Of a stretch of 32,000 nucleotides of DNA, positions 1 through 8,473 are shown piece by piece. A program made the position numbers and the translations under genes. Location: positions 18,583 through 50,582 of the forward strand of contig NZ_SNUY01000024.1 of NCBI RefSeq assembly GCF_004376175.1. Direction: 5' to 3'. The notes beneath the pieces are model-generated. The model saw only the letters and a program-made list of their open reading frames with translations. It ran no database searches and was not told the origin of the DNA. Source of the stretch: Halalkalibacterium halodurans (lineage in GTDB: Bacteria; Bacillota; Bacilli; Bacillales; Bacillaceae_D). The first letter of the stretch is position 1. Each line of letters opens with the position of its first letter.

Positions 1-112
1 GGGATTTCGGATGTTACTTACGTGGCTTATTAACGGAGGTGGCATCCATGGCTGAACCGTTTCTTCGTTTTTGATTAAAAATGGGGAAGATGATAAATTG
101 TTTCTGCAATTC

Positions 113-132
113 AAATCGTAATGATAACTTTT
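113..132 (+). promoter_or_regulatory. Candidate Zur box upstream of the COG0523 GTPase gene
   Basis: The sequence is AAATCGTAATGATAACTTTT. The left half-site TCGTAAT matches the Bacillus Zur 7-1-7 consensus TCGTAATnATTACGA perfectly. The right half ATAACTT matches 4/7. The site lies about 35-50 nt upstream of the ATG at 166. Confidence 0.35.
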
Positions 133-165
133 ATCAATTATTTAGACGTGGGAAAGGAGCATAAA

Positions 166-1353
166 ATGAACATAGAAAAAGTACCTGTAACGGTGTTAAG
201 CGGTTATTTAGGAGCAGGAAAAACAACGGTGTTAAATCATGTGCTGGCCAATAAAGAGGGGATGAAGGTGGCGGTCATCGTCAATGACATGAGCGAAGTT
301 AATATTGATGCCACTCTTGTCAAACAAGGAGGGTTTACTCGAACCGATGAGAAGCTTGTGGAATTACAAAACGGCTGTATTTGCTGCACACTCCGAGAAG
401 ATTTAATTATTGAAGTGGAAAAGCTTGCGCGGCTCGGGAATATTGATTACATCCTAATCGAATCCACTGGAATCTCTGAACCGATTCCGGTTGCACAAAC
501 GTTCACTTATCTTGATGAAGAACTGGGAATACATTTAGGGGACCGTTGTACACTCGATACGATGGTGACTGTCGTTGATGCCAACCGCTTTTGGGAGGAT
601 TATGAGTCAGGGGAGAGTCTTCTGGATCGGAAGCAAACGGATGATGAGGCGGATACACGGGAAGTTGTCGATTTACTTATTGACCAAATTGAATTCGCCA
701 ACGTCATTCTCTTGAATAAAGTAGATCTTGTCGAGGAAGATGACGTACGGGAACTGACTGCTGTTTTACGTAAATTAAATCCAGAGGCTGAGATTTTGCC
801 AGTTTCCCACGGTCGTGTAGACTTGAACCGCATATTGCATACAGGTCTGTTTGATTTTGATAAGGCAAGCCAAGGTGCTGGCTGGATTAAGGAATTAAAT
901 GAGGAGCACACCCCCGAAACAGAAGAATATGGAATTTCATCGTTTGTGTATAAACGGCAGCGGCCGTTTCATCCTGAACGATGGATGGAATGGTTGGAGA
1001 ATTGGCCGCAAGAGGTAGTGCGTGCGAAAGGCTTCTTTTGGCTAGCGACGCGCAACGAAATGGCAGGGCTTATTTCTCAGGCCGGGACTTCGATTGTCAT
1101 TCAAGGAGCTGGACTCTGGGTCGCAGCTTATGATAAAGAAGAGCAACAACAAGTGTTGGCTGAAGAACCAGAGTTAGCTGCGCGCTGGCACCGCAAGTAC
1201 GGGGATCGAATGAATGAGCTTGTCTTTATTGGACTTGATATGGATCAAAAGGAAATCGAGAAAAGTCTTGACACCTGTTTATTAACAGACGAAGAGTTGG
1301 GACAAGACTGGTCTGCCTTACCAGATCCTCTGCCATCGTTTACTGAACAGTAA
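166..1353 (+). CDS. COG0523 / CobW-family GTPase (YciC/ZigA-like putative zinc metallochaperone)
   Basis: P-loop GYLGAGKTT, the family-typical CxCC motif (GCICCTLRED), an NKVD-type motif (LLNKVDL) and a CobW C-terminal-like domain. I chose the start at ATG 166 because it follows GGAAAGGAG, rather than the ORF-track 121. Confidence 0.85.
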   Translation: MNIEKVPVTVLSGYLGAGKTTVLNHVLANKEGMKVAVIVNDMSEVNIDATLVKQGGFTRTDEKLVELQNGCICCTLREDLIIEVEKLARLGNIDYILIESTGISEPIPVAQTFTYLDEELGIHLGDRCTLDTMVTVVDANRFWEDYESGESLLDRKQTDDEADTREVVDLLIDQIEFANVILLNKVDLVEEDDVRELTAVLRKLNPEAEILPVSHGRVDLNRILHTGLFDFDKASQGAGWIKELNEEHTPETEEYGISSFVYKRQRPFHPERWMEWLENWPQEVVRAKGFFWLATRNEMAGLISQAGTSIVIQGAGLWVAAYDKEEQQQVLAEEPELAARWHRKYGDRMNELVFIGLDMDQKEIEKSLDTCLLTDEELGQDWSALPDPLPSFTEQ

Positions 1354-1379
1354 TCTAAGTTGACACTCCCTTCTACTAT

Positions 1380-1417
1380 TCTCCTCCTTTTCTATATATA
1401 ATGGATGAAGGAGGAGA
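1380..1417 (+). promoter_or_regulatory. Hairpin pairing an anti-SD with the Shine-Dalgarno of the next gene
   Basis: TCTCCTCCTT (1380-1389) is the perfect reverse complement of AAGGAGGAGA (1408-1417), with an 18-nt loop. The 3' arm is the only SD for the ATG at 1424, and no U-tract follows. Confidence 0.35.
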
Positions 1418-1423
1418 GGCATT

Positions 1424-2587
1424 ATGTTTGGGTCAATCGGAGCATTCATTTCTCAAATCTATGAAACTGTTAAATTAGAAACCTTTCGCTTTGTCGATTG
1501 GCCATCGATTTCCTTTGATCAGCAAAGAGTGGAACGATTAAAGCGACAAGTGGATGAGTACTCTTATCAATCCGTTGCGTTGTTTCCGACAGTGAAAACG
1601 ATCATTGAGCAGATCAAGCAAAAAACGGAGAAAGCAAACGAGAACAATCGATCACGAACGAATGCGTATTTAACGTTTTTCAGCCGTCATCCAGAAGTCC
1701 ATTGGGCATTGCTTGCCCACATTGTATCTCGTAATTATGGTTGGCGAATGACAGATCTTCAAGGGAGCTTGTTACATCCGTTTCTATCGTTCGAGCAGAA
1801 GGAAGCTTTTTATCTTTTTTTCGAGCAAGCCAATTCGGTCATCTTTCAGGATGCCTATCCTCAGCTGCTGCTATTTGAAGAAAGTCTTAAGCATGGAAAA
1901 CCGCTGTTTCATCTACTTCCATCACTGGGGGTCTCCCGTTTTATGATCCCATTCTGGGAAGATTTTTTTCAAACCGAAGATTCTAAAATTGTCACGACAG
2001 CCTTACTCATAAATGAACAATATCGCCTCGAATCAACAATGGCGAACTACCGGCAACGTATCACATCGGCACTTGCCGATTCTCCATATATCATCGAACA
2101 GTTTTTATCCCGACCGTTCATTCTCGTTCCTTTTGCGACGAAAAAAGTGCCACGAACAGTTGTTGGAATGAGGATGAATGAGTGGACAGAGGTAGCCGAA
2201 CGGATTCAACAGAACAGAACACTTTATGCTCTCATCTTTGGCTTGCCAAGGCATCGCGAGTCATATGAATGGTTTGCGAAATCCTTTAAACCTTCAGGAT
2301 CTCGCGAAGACATGTGGCCACACTTGTTTTCTAGTGATAAGCGAGCGGTACTACAGCAGGGGCATCGCTCGCTTGTTAAGGGAAAGCCTTTTCTACATAG
2401 TCCTACGTTGTCTCAAGCGTGGGGTGAGCGAAAGAAGGCAGTCCGAGACTCTGAAAGCGATTGGTATAAAAAAGAAGCGTTTTTGCATTTTGGCGAGGTG
2501 ACTCCGCCCGATACGTTTGTACAAACAGAGAAATTTGCTACCTTCATCGATCTCTTATTTCTAATTTCTCGTATTGGTAGCGATTGA
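1424..2587 (+). CDS. Hypothetical protein, possibly DUF2515/YppC-like (tentative recall)
   Basis: A 387-aa uninterrupted ORF with a strong SD (AAGGAGGAGAGG) 6 nt upstream. I recognised no catalytic motif, and the family name is from memory only. Confidence 0.6.
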   Translation: MFGSIGAFISQIYETVKLETFRFVDWPSISFDQQRVERLKRQVDEYSYQSVALFPTVKTIIEQIKQKTEKANENNRSRTNAYLTFFSRHPEVHWALLAHIVSRNYGWRMTDLQGSLLHPFLSFEQKEAFYLFFEQANSVIFQDAYPQLLLFEESLKHGKPLFHLLPSLGVSRFMIPFWEDFFQTEDSKIVTTALLINEQYRLESTMANYRQRITSALADSPYIIEQFLSRPFILVPFATKKVPRTVVGMRMNEWTEVAERIQQNRTLYALIFGLPRHRESYEWFAKSFKPSGSREDMWPHLFSSDKRAVLQQGHRSLVKGKPFLHSPTLSQAWGERKKAVRDSESDWYKKEAFLHFGEVTPPDTFVQTEKFATFIDLLFLISRIGSD

Positions 2588-2701
2588 TTATGCTTTCCAG
2601 ACAGAAAAGTTTGTGAGCATGAGATTTTGTTCACAATATCTAGTGCAGGTTTGCTATGATATAGGCTGGAGTACATGATCAAGGATCTAAAGGAGAGAAA
2701 G

Positions 2702-4633
2702 ATGAACCGTTCACTACCGTTTCCACTGTCAAAGCAGCAACAGTTCTTTGACCAGCTAGGGGATTATATTGGCGATGTTTTTTATGAAATGTTACCAGAG
2801 AAAGGCTATGAATTGCGCGATGAGCAAATTTTTATGGCGTTTCAACTCGAGCAAGCGTTTAAAAAGAGAGCCGTTATGTTTGCCGAAGCAGGGGTCGGCA
2901 CTGGTAAAACGTTTGTTTATCTACTTTATGCAATCTGTTATGCACGTTATACAGGTAAGCCTGCGATTATTTCCTGTGCCGACGAAACGTTGATTGAACA
3001 GCTTGTGAAAGAAGAAGGAGATATTCGTAAATTAGAGCAAGCTCTTGGATTTGAGGTGGATGTTCGTCTGGCGAAAGCGCGAGAGCAATACGTTTGCATG
3101 CGCAAGCTAGACCCACTTGTCCAGCAATTCGGTGACGATGAGGATGTGACCCAAGTTCACGAGGAAATTCCATCGTTTGTGTTTAATGATTCACCCTCAA
3201 TGCAGCAGTTTCGTCGTTATGGAGACCGAAAAGACTATCCGTGGGTGTCCAATGAAAAATGGGAACGAATGGCATGGGACCCTCTACAGCCATGCACGAC
3301 CTGTGAATGGAGACATCGCTGTGGTCAGACGCTCCATCGCGATTATTACCGGAAAGCGACCGACCTGATCATCTGCTCCCATGATTTTTACATGGAGCAT
3401 GTGTGGACGAAGGAATCACGAAAGCGGGAGGGACAGCTTCCTCTTTTACCAGAGGCGAGCTGTGTTGTTTTTGATGAAGGGCATTTGCTTGAGTTTGCAG
3501 CGCAAAAAGCCTTAACGTATCGTTTTCACTTAGCCACATTGCAAAACGTATTGACGAGTTTTATGGACCAGGATGTAAGAGAGAAGACCCTTTATGTTAT
3601 CGAGGATGTTTTAGCCCTTCATGACGAATGGTTTCACATCCTTCAGACGACAGCGGTGCCAGTTGAGGGCTCCAACCGCAAGGAGGTACCGTTCGGTCCG
3701 GAAATGCTTGAGCAAGCAAAAGCGTTATACGGTAAAGTTCAGCAACTGCTTGAAGAGCTTGTCTTTGATTCCGAAATGTATGTTGTTGAAGAATATCATA
3801 TGAAGATGATCGAGGAGCATTTAGAGTTCCTTAGCTACGGTTTATCGATCTTATTGAAAGAAGGAGACGGGATCTTTTGGCTTGAGGAGACAGAAGGGGA
3901 AACAACGTTTGTCATTATGCCACGACTTGTGGAAGATGTTCTTCGTCAAGAGGTTTTTTCGCTTAACATCCCGTTTATTTTTTCGTCTGCGACCTTATCG
4001 CAACGCGGAGATTTCAGCTATCTTGCCAGCGCATTAGGGATTGAAGACCCGCTCACTTTTTCTGTCGACTCCCCGTTCGATTACGAAAGGCAAATGCAAG
4101 TGAAAGGGCACATTACGGACGAAGAGATGAAAAAGTGGGAGGTCATTGGACAAGCACTACGCGAAAATGGTGGCAGTAGCTTGATTCTCTTCACATCACA
4201 GGAAGAGATGAATCGCTTTCGCCGGTGGGCAGAAAGCAGTGAATGGTCATTTTCGATTCTTTATGAAGGGGACAGAGAAATTAGCGAGCTTGTGAAACAA
4301 TTTCAAAAGGAAACGGATACGGTGCTTTGTTCTTATCACTTGTGGGAAGGTCTAGATGTTCCTGGAGAGGCGCTCACGCAAGTGGTGATTGCATCCTTGC
4401 CTTTCCCGCCAAAGGATCCTGTTTTTGAAGCGAAACGTAAGCATGCCAGTGATCCAGAAGTTGAAGTGGATCTTCCGTATATGCTCCTACGGTTACGCCA
4501 AGGGATCGGCCGTTTGATTCGTAGCCATCATGATCATGGAAAGGTGCACTTATGGATGAGCACAAACGAGAAGCAGGCATACAGTGAGTCAGTAGCTGAA
4601 GTGGTACCCATTCCGATCGATTGGAAAGAGTGA
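2702..4633 (+). CDS. DinG/XPD (Rad3)-family ATP-dependent helicase with Fe-S cluster cysteines (YpvA-like)
   Basis: Walker A AEAGVGTGKT, a DEAH-type box VFDEGHLLE, and a four-Cys pattern (C...CTTCEWRHRC) between motifs I and II as in XPD/DinG. C-terminal helicase motifs include LWEGLDVPG. The start at ATG 2702 follows AAGGAGAG. Confidence 0.85.
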   Translation: MNRSLPFPLSKQQQFFDQLGDYIGDVFYEMLPEKGYELRDEQIFMAFQLEQAFKKRAVMFAEAGVGTGKTFVYLLYAICYARYTGKPAIISCADETLIEQLVKEEGDIRKLEQALGFEVDVRLAKAREQYVCMRKLDPLVQQFGDDEDVTQVHEEIPSFVFNDSPSMQQFRRYGDRKDYPWVSNEKWERMAWDPLQPCTTCEWRHRCGQTLHRDYYRKATDLIICSHDFYMEHVWTKESRKREGQLPLLPEASCVVFDEGHLLEFAAQKALTYRFHLATLQNVLTSFMDQDVREKTLYVIEDVLALHDEWFHILQTTAVPVEGSNRKEVPFGPEMLEQAKALYGKVQQLLEELVFDSEMYVVEEYHMKMIEEHLEFLSYGLSILLKEGDGIFWLEETEGETTFVIMPRLVEDVLRQEVFSLNIPFIFSSATLSQRGDFSYLASALGIEDPLTFSVDSPFDYERQMQVKGHITDEEMKKWEVIGQALRENGGSSLILFTSQEEMNRFRRWAESSEWSFSILYEGDREISELVKQFQKETDTVLCSYHLWEGLDVPGEALTQVVIASLPFPPKDPVFEAKRKHASDPEVEVDLPYMLLRLRQGIGRLIRSHHDHGKVHLWMSTNEKQAYSESVAEVVPIPIDWKE

Positions 4634-4656
4634 CGAACGAGTCGTCGCTCTTTTTT
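4628..4656 (+). terminator. Rho-independent terminator of the helicase gene
   Basis: GAGTGACGA / TCGTCGCTC forms a 9-bp stem with one G-U pair and a 5-nt loop, followed by TTTTTT. It overlaps the stop codon. Confidence 0.75.
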
Positions 4657-4737
4657 CAATAAGAAAAAACCGTTAGGAGTTTCTGTCATTTACTTAAAAG
4701 AACCAATCATGGAAATCTATGATAGGTAAAATATGCG

Positions 4738-4766
4738 TTGATTCATATTTTACAATTATTTATAAT
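4738..4766 (+). promoter_or_regulatory. SigA-type promoter for cstA
   Basis: TTGATT (4738-4743), a 17-nt spacer, then TATAAT (4761-4766). Confidence 0.55.
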
Positions 4767-4772
4767 AAACTC

Positions 4773-4786
4773 TGTAAGCGTTTTCT
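4773..4786 (+). promoter_or_regulatory. Candidate CcpA cre site
   Basis: TGTAAGCGTTTTCT matches TGWAANCGNTNWCA at all fixed positions except the last. It lies just downstream of the -10 element, which is a roadblock position. Confidence 0.5.
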
Positions 4787-4846
4787 ATTCTTTATATTAA
4801 GAATAGTCTAAAATCAATCGGTTTTCTGGTGAAAGGGGCTGTTGAC

Positions 4847-6589
4847 GTGTACGGAGTATTACTTGCAGCTTTAGGCATGCTCGTGTTTGCGTTAGGGTAT
4901 CGGTATTATTCAAAGTTTATCGCCGAACGAATTTATCGCCTTGACCCTAATTTTGTAACGCCTGCCCATCAATTTAAGGATGGAAAAGACTTTGTCCCAA
5001 CCAACAAGTTTGTTCTGTGGGGACATCATTTTACCTCAGTTGCTGGTGCCGCACCGATCGTAGGGCCAGCAATTGCGATTTATTGGGGCTGGCTACCAGC
5101 AATTCTCTGGGTCACCCTTGGGACGGTGTTTGCAGCAGGTGTTCATGACTTTGGGGCACTTGTTTTATCGGTTCGAAACAAAGGTCAATCGGTCGGAACG
5201 TTAGCCGATAAGCTCATCGGTCGTCAGGCCAAGCTGTTATTTTTATTTATTATTTTGATCCTTGTTCTTATGGTTAACGCTGTGTTTGCCTGGGTCATTT
5301 CCAACTTGTTTATCTCAAATCCTTCAGCGGTACTGTCCGTTTTTATTCAAATTCCATTAGCAGTGTGGATTGGCTACCATGTATACAAACGACAAGGAGG
5401 AATGCTCATCCCGTCCCTTGTGGCGCTGGCGGTGATGTACGTGTCAGCCATTGTGGCAAGCCGAGTACCTGCTTTACAAATTGACCTTGTCCGCTATTTT
5501 GGTGGGGAGGAAAACATCGTAGCTTTTGGTCTTGATGGGGTCGCTATGTCGTTCTTCGTCTGGATTATCGTCCTTATGATCTACGTCTACATCGCCTCCA
5601 CATTGCCGGTTTGGAAGCTGTTACAGCCACGGGATTACATTAACTCCCATCAGCTCGTCGTCGGTTTGCTTATTTTATACTTAGGTTTGCTGTTTTCTAA
5701 CCCAAAGGTTACAGCACCTGCTGTCAACGGTTCACCTGATACGTCATGGTTCCCGTTGCTGTTTATTACCATTGCGTGTGGTGCGATCTCCGGGTTCCAC
5801 GGTCTCGTTTCTTCTGGGACGACATCGAAACAGCTGAATAAGGAAACAGACGCGAGGTTTGTTGGGTATTTAGGAGCAATTGGTGAGGGGCTACTCGCTC
5901 TCATCGTAATCGTCGCAGTTGCTACGTTCTTTGCATCGCCTCAAGCATTCTCCGAGGTGTACTCAAGCTTTGGTGCAGCAAATCAAGGCGGGCTAGGAAA
6001 CTTCGTTCAAGCCGCAGGTCAGCTTGCGACAGGTCTCCTCATTCCGCAAGATATGGCGGCGACGATCGTGGCTGTGATCATCGTCAGCTTTGCCGCGACC
6101 ACACTGGATACCTCTGTCCGCTTAATGCGATACATTATTGCTGAACTCGGTCAAGAATATAAGGTGCCAGCGTTATCTAAAACTCATGTGGCCACTTCAA
6201 TTGCCGTTGTGTCAAGTGCGGCGCTCGTTCTTTTACCAGAAGGACCAAATGGATTTGGTTCAGGAGGTTACTTGCTTTGGCCACTATTTGGAACGTCAAA
6301 TCAGCTTCTTGCAGGGATTACCTTGCTGCTAATAACGATTTGGCTGAAACGTCAAGGGCGTAACTATTTACCGACTTTGATCCCGATGGTTTTCGTTTTG
6401 TTTATGACGCTGTATGCTATGTTACAACAAGTCCTCTTTCAATGGTCACCATTTGGTGGTACGGGGACGAACATTCTCTTATTTACGCTAGGTTCAATTA
6501 TTCTCGTATTTGCGTTCTGGATTGTCATTGTCGCCATCTCTGAAATTATGAAATCCAAGCCAAGGGATGATTCAAGAAAAAGTGCGTAA
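4847..6589 (+). CDS. cstA: Carbon starvation protein CstA family peptide/pyruvate transporter
   Basis: A polytopic membrane protein of about 580 aa with CstA-typical N-terminal sequence (YRYYSKFIAERI, HHFTSVAGAGPIVGP-like HHFTSVAGAAPIVGPAIA). I prefer the GTG start at 4847 because it lies 8 nt after GAAAGGGG. Confidence 0.9.
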   Translation: MYGVLLAALGMLVFALGYRYYSKFIAERIYRLDPNFVTPAHQFKDGKDFVPTNKFVLWGHHFTSVAGAAPIVGPAIAIYWGWLPAILWVTLGTVFAAGVHDFGALVLSVRNKGQSVGTLADKLIGRQAKLLFLFIILILVLMVNAVFAWVISNLFISNPSAVLSVFIQIPLAVWIGYHVYKRQGGMLIPSLVALAVMYVSAIVASRVPALQIDLVRYFGGEENIVAFGLDGVAMSFFVWIIVLMIYVYIASTLPVWKLLQPRDYINSHQLVVGLLILYLGLLFSNPKVTAPAVNGSPDTSWFPLLFITIACGAISGFHGLVSSGTTSKQLNKETDARFVGYLGAIGEGLLALIVIVAVATFFASPQAFSEVYSSFGAANQGGLGNFVQAAGQLATGLLIPQDMAATIVAVIIVSFAATTLDTSVRLMRYIIAELGQEYKVPALSKTHVATSIAVVSSAALVLLPEGPNGFGSGGYLLWPLFGTSNQLLAGITLLLITIWLKRQGRNYLPTLIPMVFVLFMTLYAMLQQVLFQWSPFGGTGTNILLFTLGSIILVFAFWIVIVAISEIMKSKPRDDSRKSA

Positions 6590-6601
6590 AGAACGAAAAG
6601 G

Positions 6602-6630
6602 AAGGGGTTAGTCTCACTAATCCCTTTCAT
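6602..6630 (+). terminator. Possible partial terminator/attenuator after cstA
   Basis: AAGGGGTTAGT / ACTAATCCCTT forms an 11-bp stem with one G-U pair and a 3-nt loop, followed by TTTCATT, a weak U-tract. Confidence 0.4.
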
Positions 6631-6661
6631 TCATGTAGATGTAAAGGAAGGAGGGGAACCA

Positions 6662-6925
6662 ATGGAGCAAAAGCTATCGTTAAAACGATTGTTCGAACTT
6701 TATGATGAAATGTTACGTGTTCCCCATCGAGCAGAAATTCATCGGGAGCTCCAAGATGAGGATGATTTGTTTTTGCTTCTCGTCTATTCAGAGATGCTAG
6801 GCGTGCCAAATCCAGCCTTTTATTATACGCTTGAACTTTACCCGTACATCATTGAAACGTTTCACGAATGGCATTTGCGGATGGGGATGGATAAGTCACC
6901 ATTGCAAGGGATTCGTTGTTGCTAA
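6662..6925 (+). CDS. Small CstA-associated protein ending in Arg-Cys-Cys-stop (resembles what I recall PGAP calls cory-CC-star protein)
   Basis: An 87-aa ORF with a strong SD (GGAAGGAGGGG) 6 nt before the ATG. It ends ...LQGIRCC*. It sits directly downstream of cstA, as the YbdD/YjiX small proteins do, and I recall those also ending in RCC. Confidence 0.7.
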   Translation: MEQKLSLKRLFELYDEMLRVPHRAEIHRELQDEDDLFLLLVYSEMLGVPNPAFYYTLELYPYIIETFHEWHLRMGMDKSPLQGIRCC

Positions 6926-6949
6926 CTTAACGGAGAAGGATGGGTGCAA

Positions 6950-7891
6950 ATGTCACATTTGTATACAAAGCACATTTATTTCATCGGTGGAAAGGGAGGC
7001 GTGGGTAAGTCAACGTCTGCTGCATCATTTGCTTGGCGTTGCGCTGAACGTGGAGAGAAAACGCTTCTCATTTCCACCGATCCAGCGCACAATTTAGGAG
7101 ATCTATTTCATACAGAAATCGGCGCAAAGCATAAAAAAATAACGGATAATCTGTTTGCGACCGAAATTGATCCAGAGCAAGAAACAAGGAGATACATTCA
7201 ATCGGTTAAGGATAATTTAAGGGGCATGGTGAAATCGACGATGCTGGACGAAGTAAATCGGCAGATCGATGCCGCCGCCGCGACACCCGGTGCAGATGAA
7301 GCAGCGATGTTTAATGCGATTTCATCCATTGTATTAGACGAACAAGGAACGTACGACAAGCTCGTTTTTGATACAGCGCCGACTGGACACACGATCCGTC
7401 TATTGACTCTTCCGGAAATGATGGGCGTCTGGATCGATGGGATGGTGAAAAAACGGAAAAAAATAAACGAAAACTATTCCAATTTGTTAAACGATGGGGA
7501 ACCAGTAGATGATCCGATCTACGATACTCTGCAGCAGCGGAAAGAGCGATTTGCTGCCGTTCGAAACGTATTACTCGATCCGAAAAAGACGGGGTTCATG
7601 TTTGTTTTAATACCAGAGCGGCTGCCGATATTGGAAACGGAAAAAGCTGTCAAGCTCCTAGCAAAACACGATTTACATGTGGAGACATTAATCATTAATA
7701 AAATTTTGCCAGATGTAGCAGATGGCCAATTTTTAGAAAAAAGAAGACAAATAGAACAGCGATACTTGCAGCAAATTCACAACACTTTTCGCAAGCAAAC
7801 GTTACTGCGCGTTCCGTTGTTTCCAGAAGACATCGGTTCAATTGAAGCGCTCTACCATTTTGCTCGTTATTTAGAACCGACAGCCTCATAA
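6950..7891 (+). CDS. ArsA/Get3(TRC40)-family P-loop ATPase, single-domain
   Basis: Deviant Walker A GGKGGVGKST, STDPAHNL, and DTAPTGHTIRLL, the signature ArsA/Get3 switch II motif. The ATG at 6950 lies 9 nt after GGAGAAGGA; the alternative is GTG 6944. Confidence 0.85.
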   Translation: MSHLYTKHIYFIGGKGGVGKSTSAASFAWRCAERGEKTLLISTDPAHNLGDLFHTEIGAKHKKITDNLFATEIDPEQETRRYIQSVKDNLRGMVKSTMLDEVNRQIDAAAATPGADEAAMFNAISSIVLDEQGTYDKLVFDTAPTGHTIRLLTLPEMMGVWIDGMVKKRKKINENYSNLLNDGEPVDDPIYDTLQQRKERFAAVRNVLLDPKKTGFMFVLIPERLPILETEKAVKLLAKHDLHVETLIINKILPDVADGQFLEKRRQIEQRYLQQIHNTFRKQTLLRVPLFPEDIGSIEALYHFARYLEPTAS

Positions 7892-7897
7892 AATTTT

Positions 7898-8473
7898 TTG
7901 AAACTTCTTACGGTGTCTAACGTGACCGAATCAAGCTTGGACGCCGGCATCGTGGATCGGGTGTTTATGAGAGTCGCCGATGGATTTTTAGCGTTTCCTG
8001 ATACGATTGTAGCCATTGTCTTAAGTGGTTTGCTTGGGCCTGGCATCGGCAATCTCGTCCTTGCGATCGTCATGGTGAAATGGGTCAGTTATGCCCGTCT
8101 TGTACGAAGTACGGTCCTGACTGAGGTGGAAAAAGACTATGTTGCGATCGCACGGATAAACGGTTTATCGTCAAGCAAAATTATGCGTAAACACTTATTT
8201 CCTCATATCGTTGGACATGTATTAGTAATGGCTACTTTGGACCTTGGAAAAATCATTTTGCTGATCTCAGCTTTGTCTTACATCGGGCTTGGCGCCCAAC
8301 CGCCGACTCCTGAGTGGGGGGCGATGCTCAATGATTCTCGTCCTTATTTTCAGTCGATGCCGCAACTAATGATCTATCCTGGTCTCGCGATCGTCATTGT
8401 TGTGTTGCTTACCAATATGCTGGGGGATTACTTACGAGATTATTTTGATGTGAAGAAGGAGGTGGGACAATGA
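7898..8473 (+). pseudogene. 5'-truncated OppC/DppC/NikC-type ABC permease remnant
   Basis: Only the C-terminal ~175 aa of a binding-protein-dependent permease are present (DRVFMRVADGFLAFP..., EAA-like region VAIARINGLSSSKIMRKHLFPH, C-terminal GDYLRDYFD). The N-terminal ~90-100 aa are missing. There is no SD, and the only start is a TTG 4 nt after the arsA-like stop. Confidence 0.7.

Noticed and set aside
48-74. An 8-codon mini-ORF (MAEPFLRF) with a strong GGAGGTGG SD upstream of the COG0523 gene.
   Set aside because: It is too short to support as a gene. The SD-like string may be coincidental or belong to the 3' end of an upstream gene that appears to stop at 31-33. It cannot be evaluated at the window edge.
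600-911. Antisense or overlapping ORFs inside well-supported genes. Examples are 600-911(-), 2226-2501(+), 5650-5904(-), 10414-10842(-), 12518-12790(-), 15725-15979(-), 16149-16499(-), 26620-26862(-), 29786-30019(-), 30292-30675(+) and 30931-31392(+).
   Set aside because: Each lies within or opposite a gene with clear family motifs. None has an SD, and their translations are low-complexity or Ser/Arg/Cys-rich, as expected for shadow frames.
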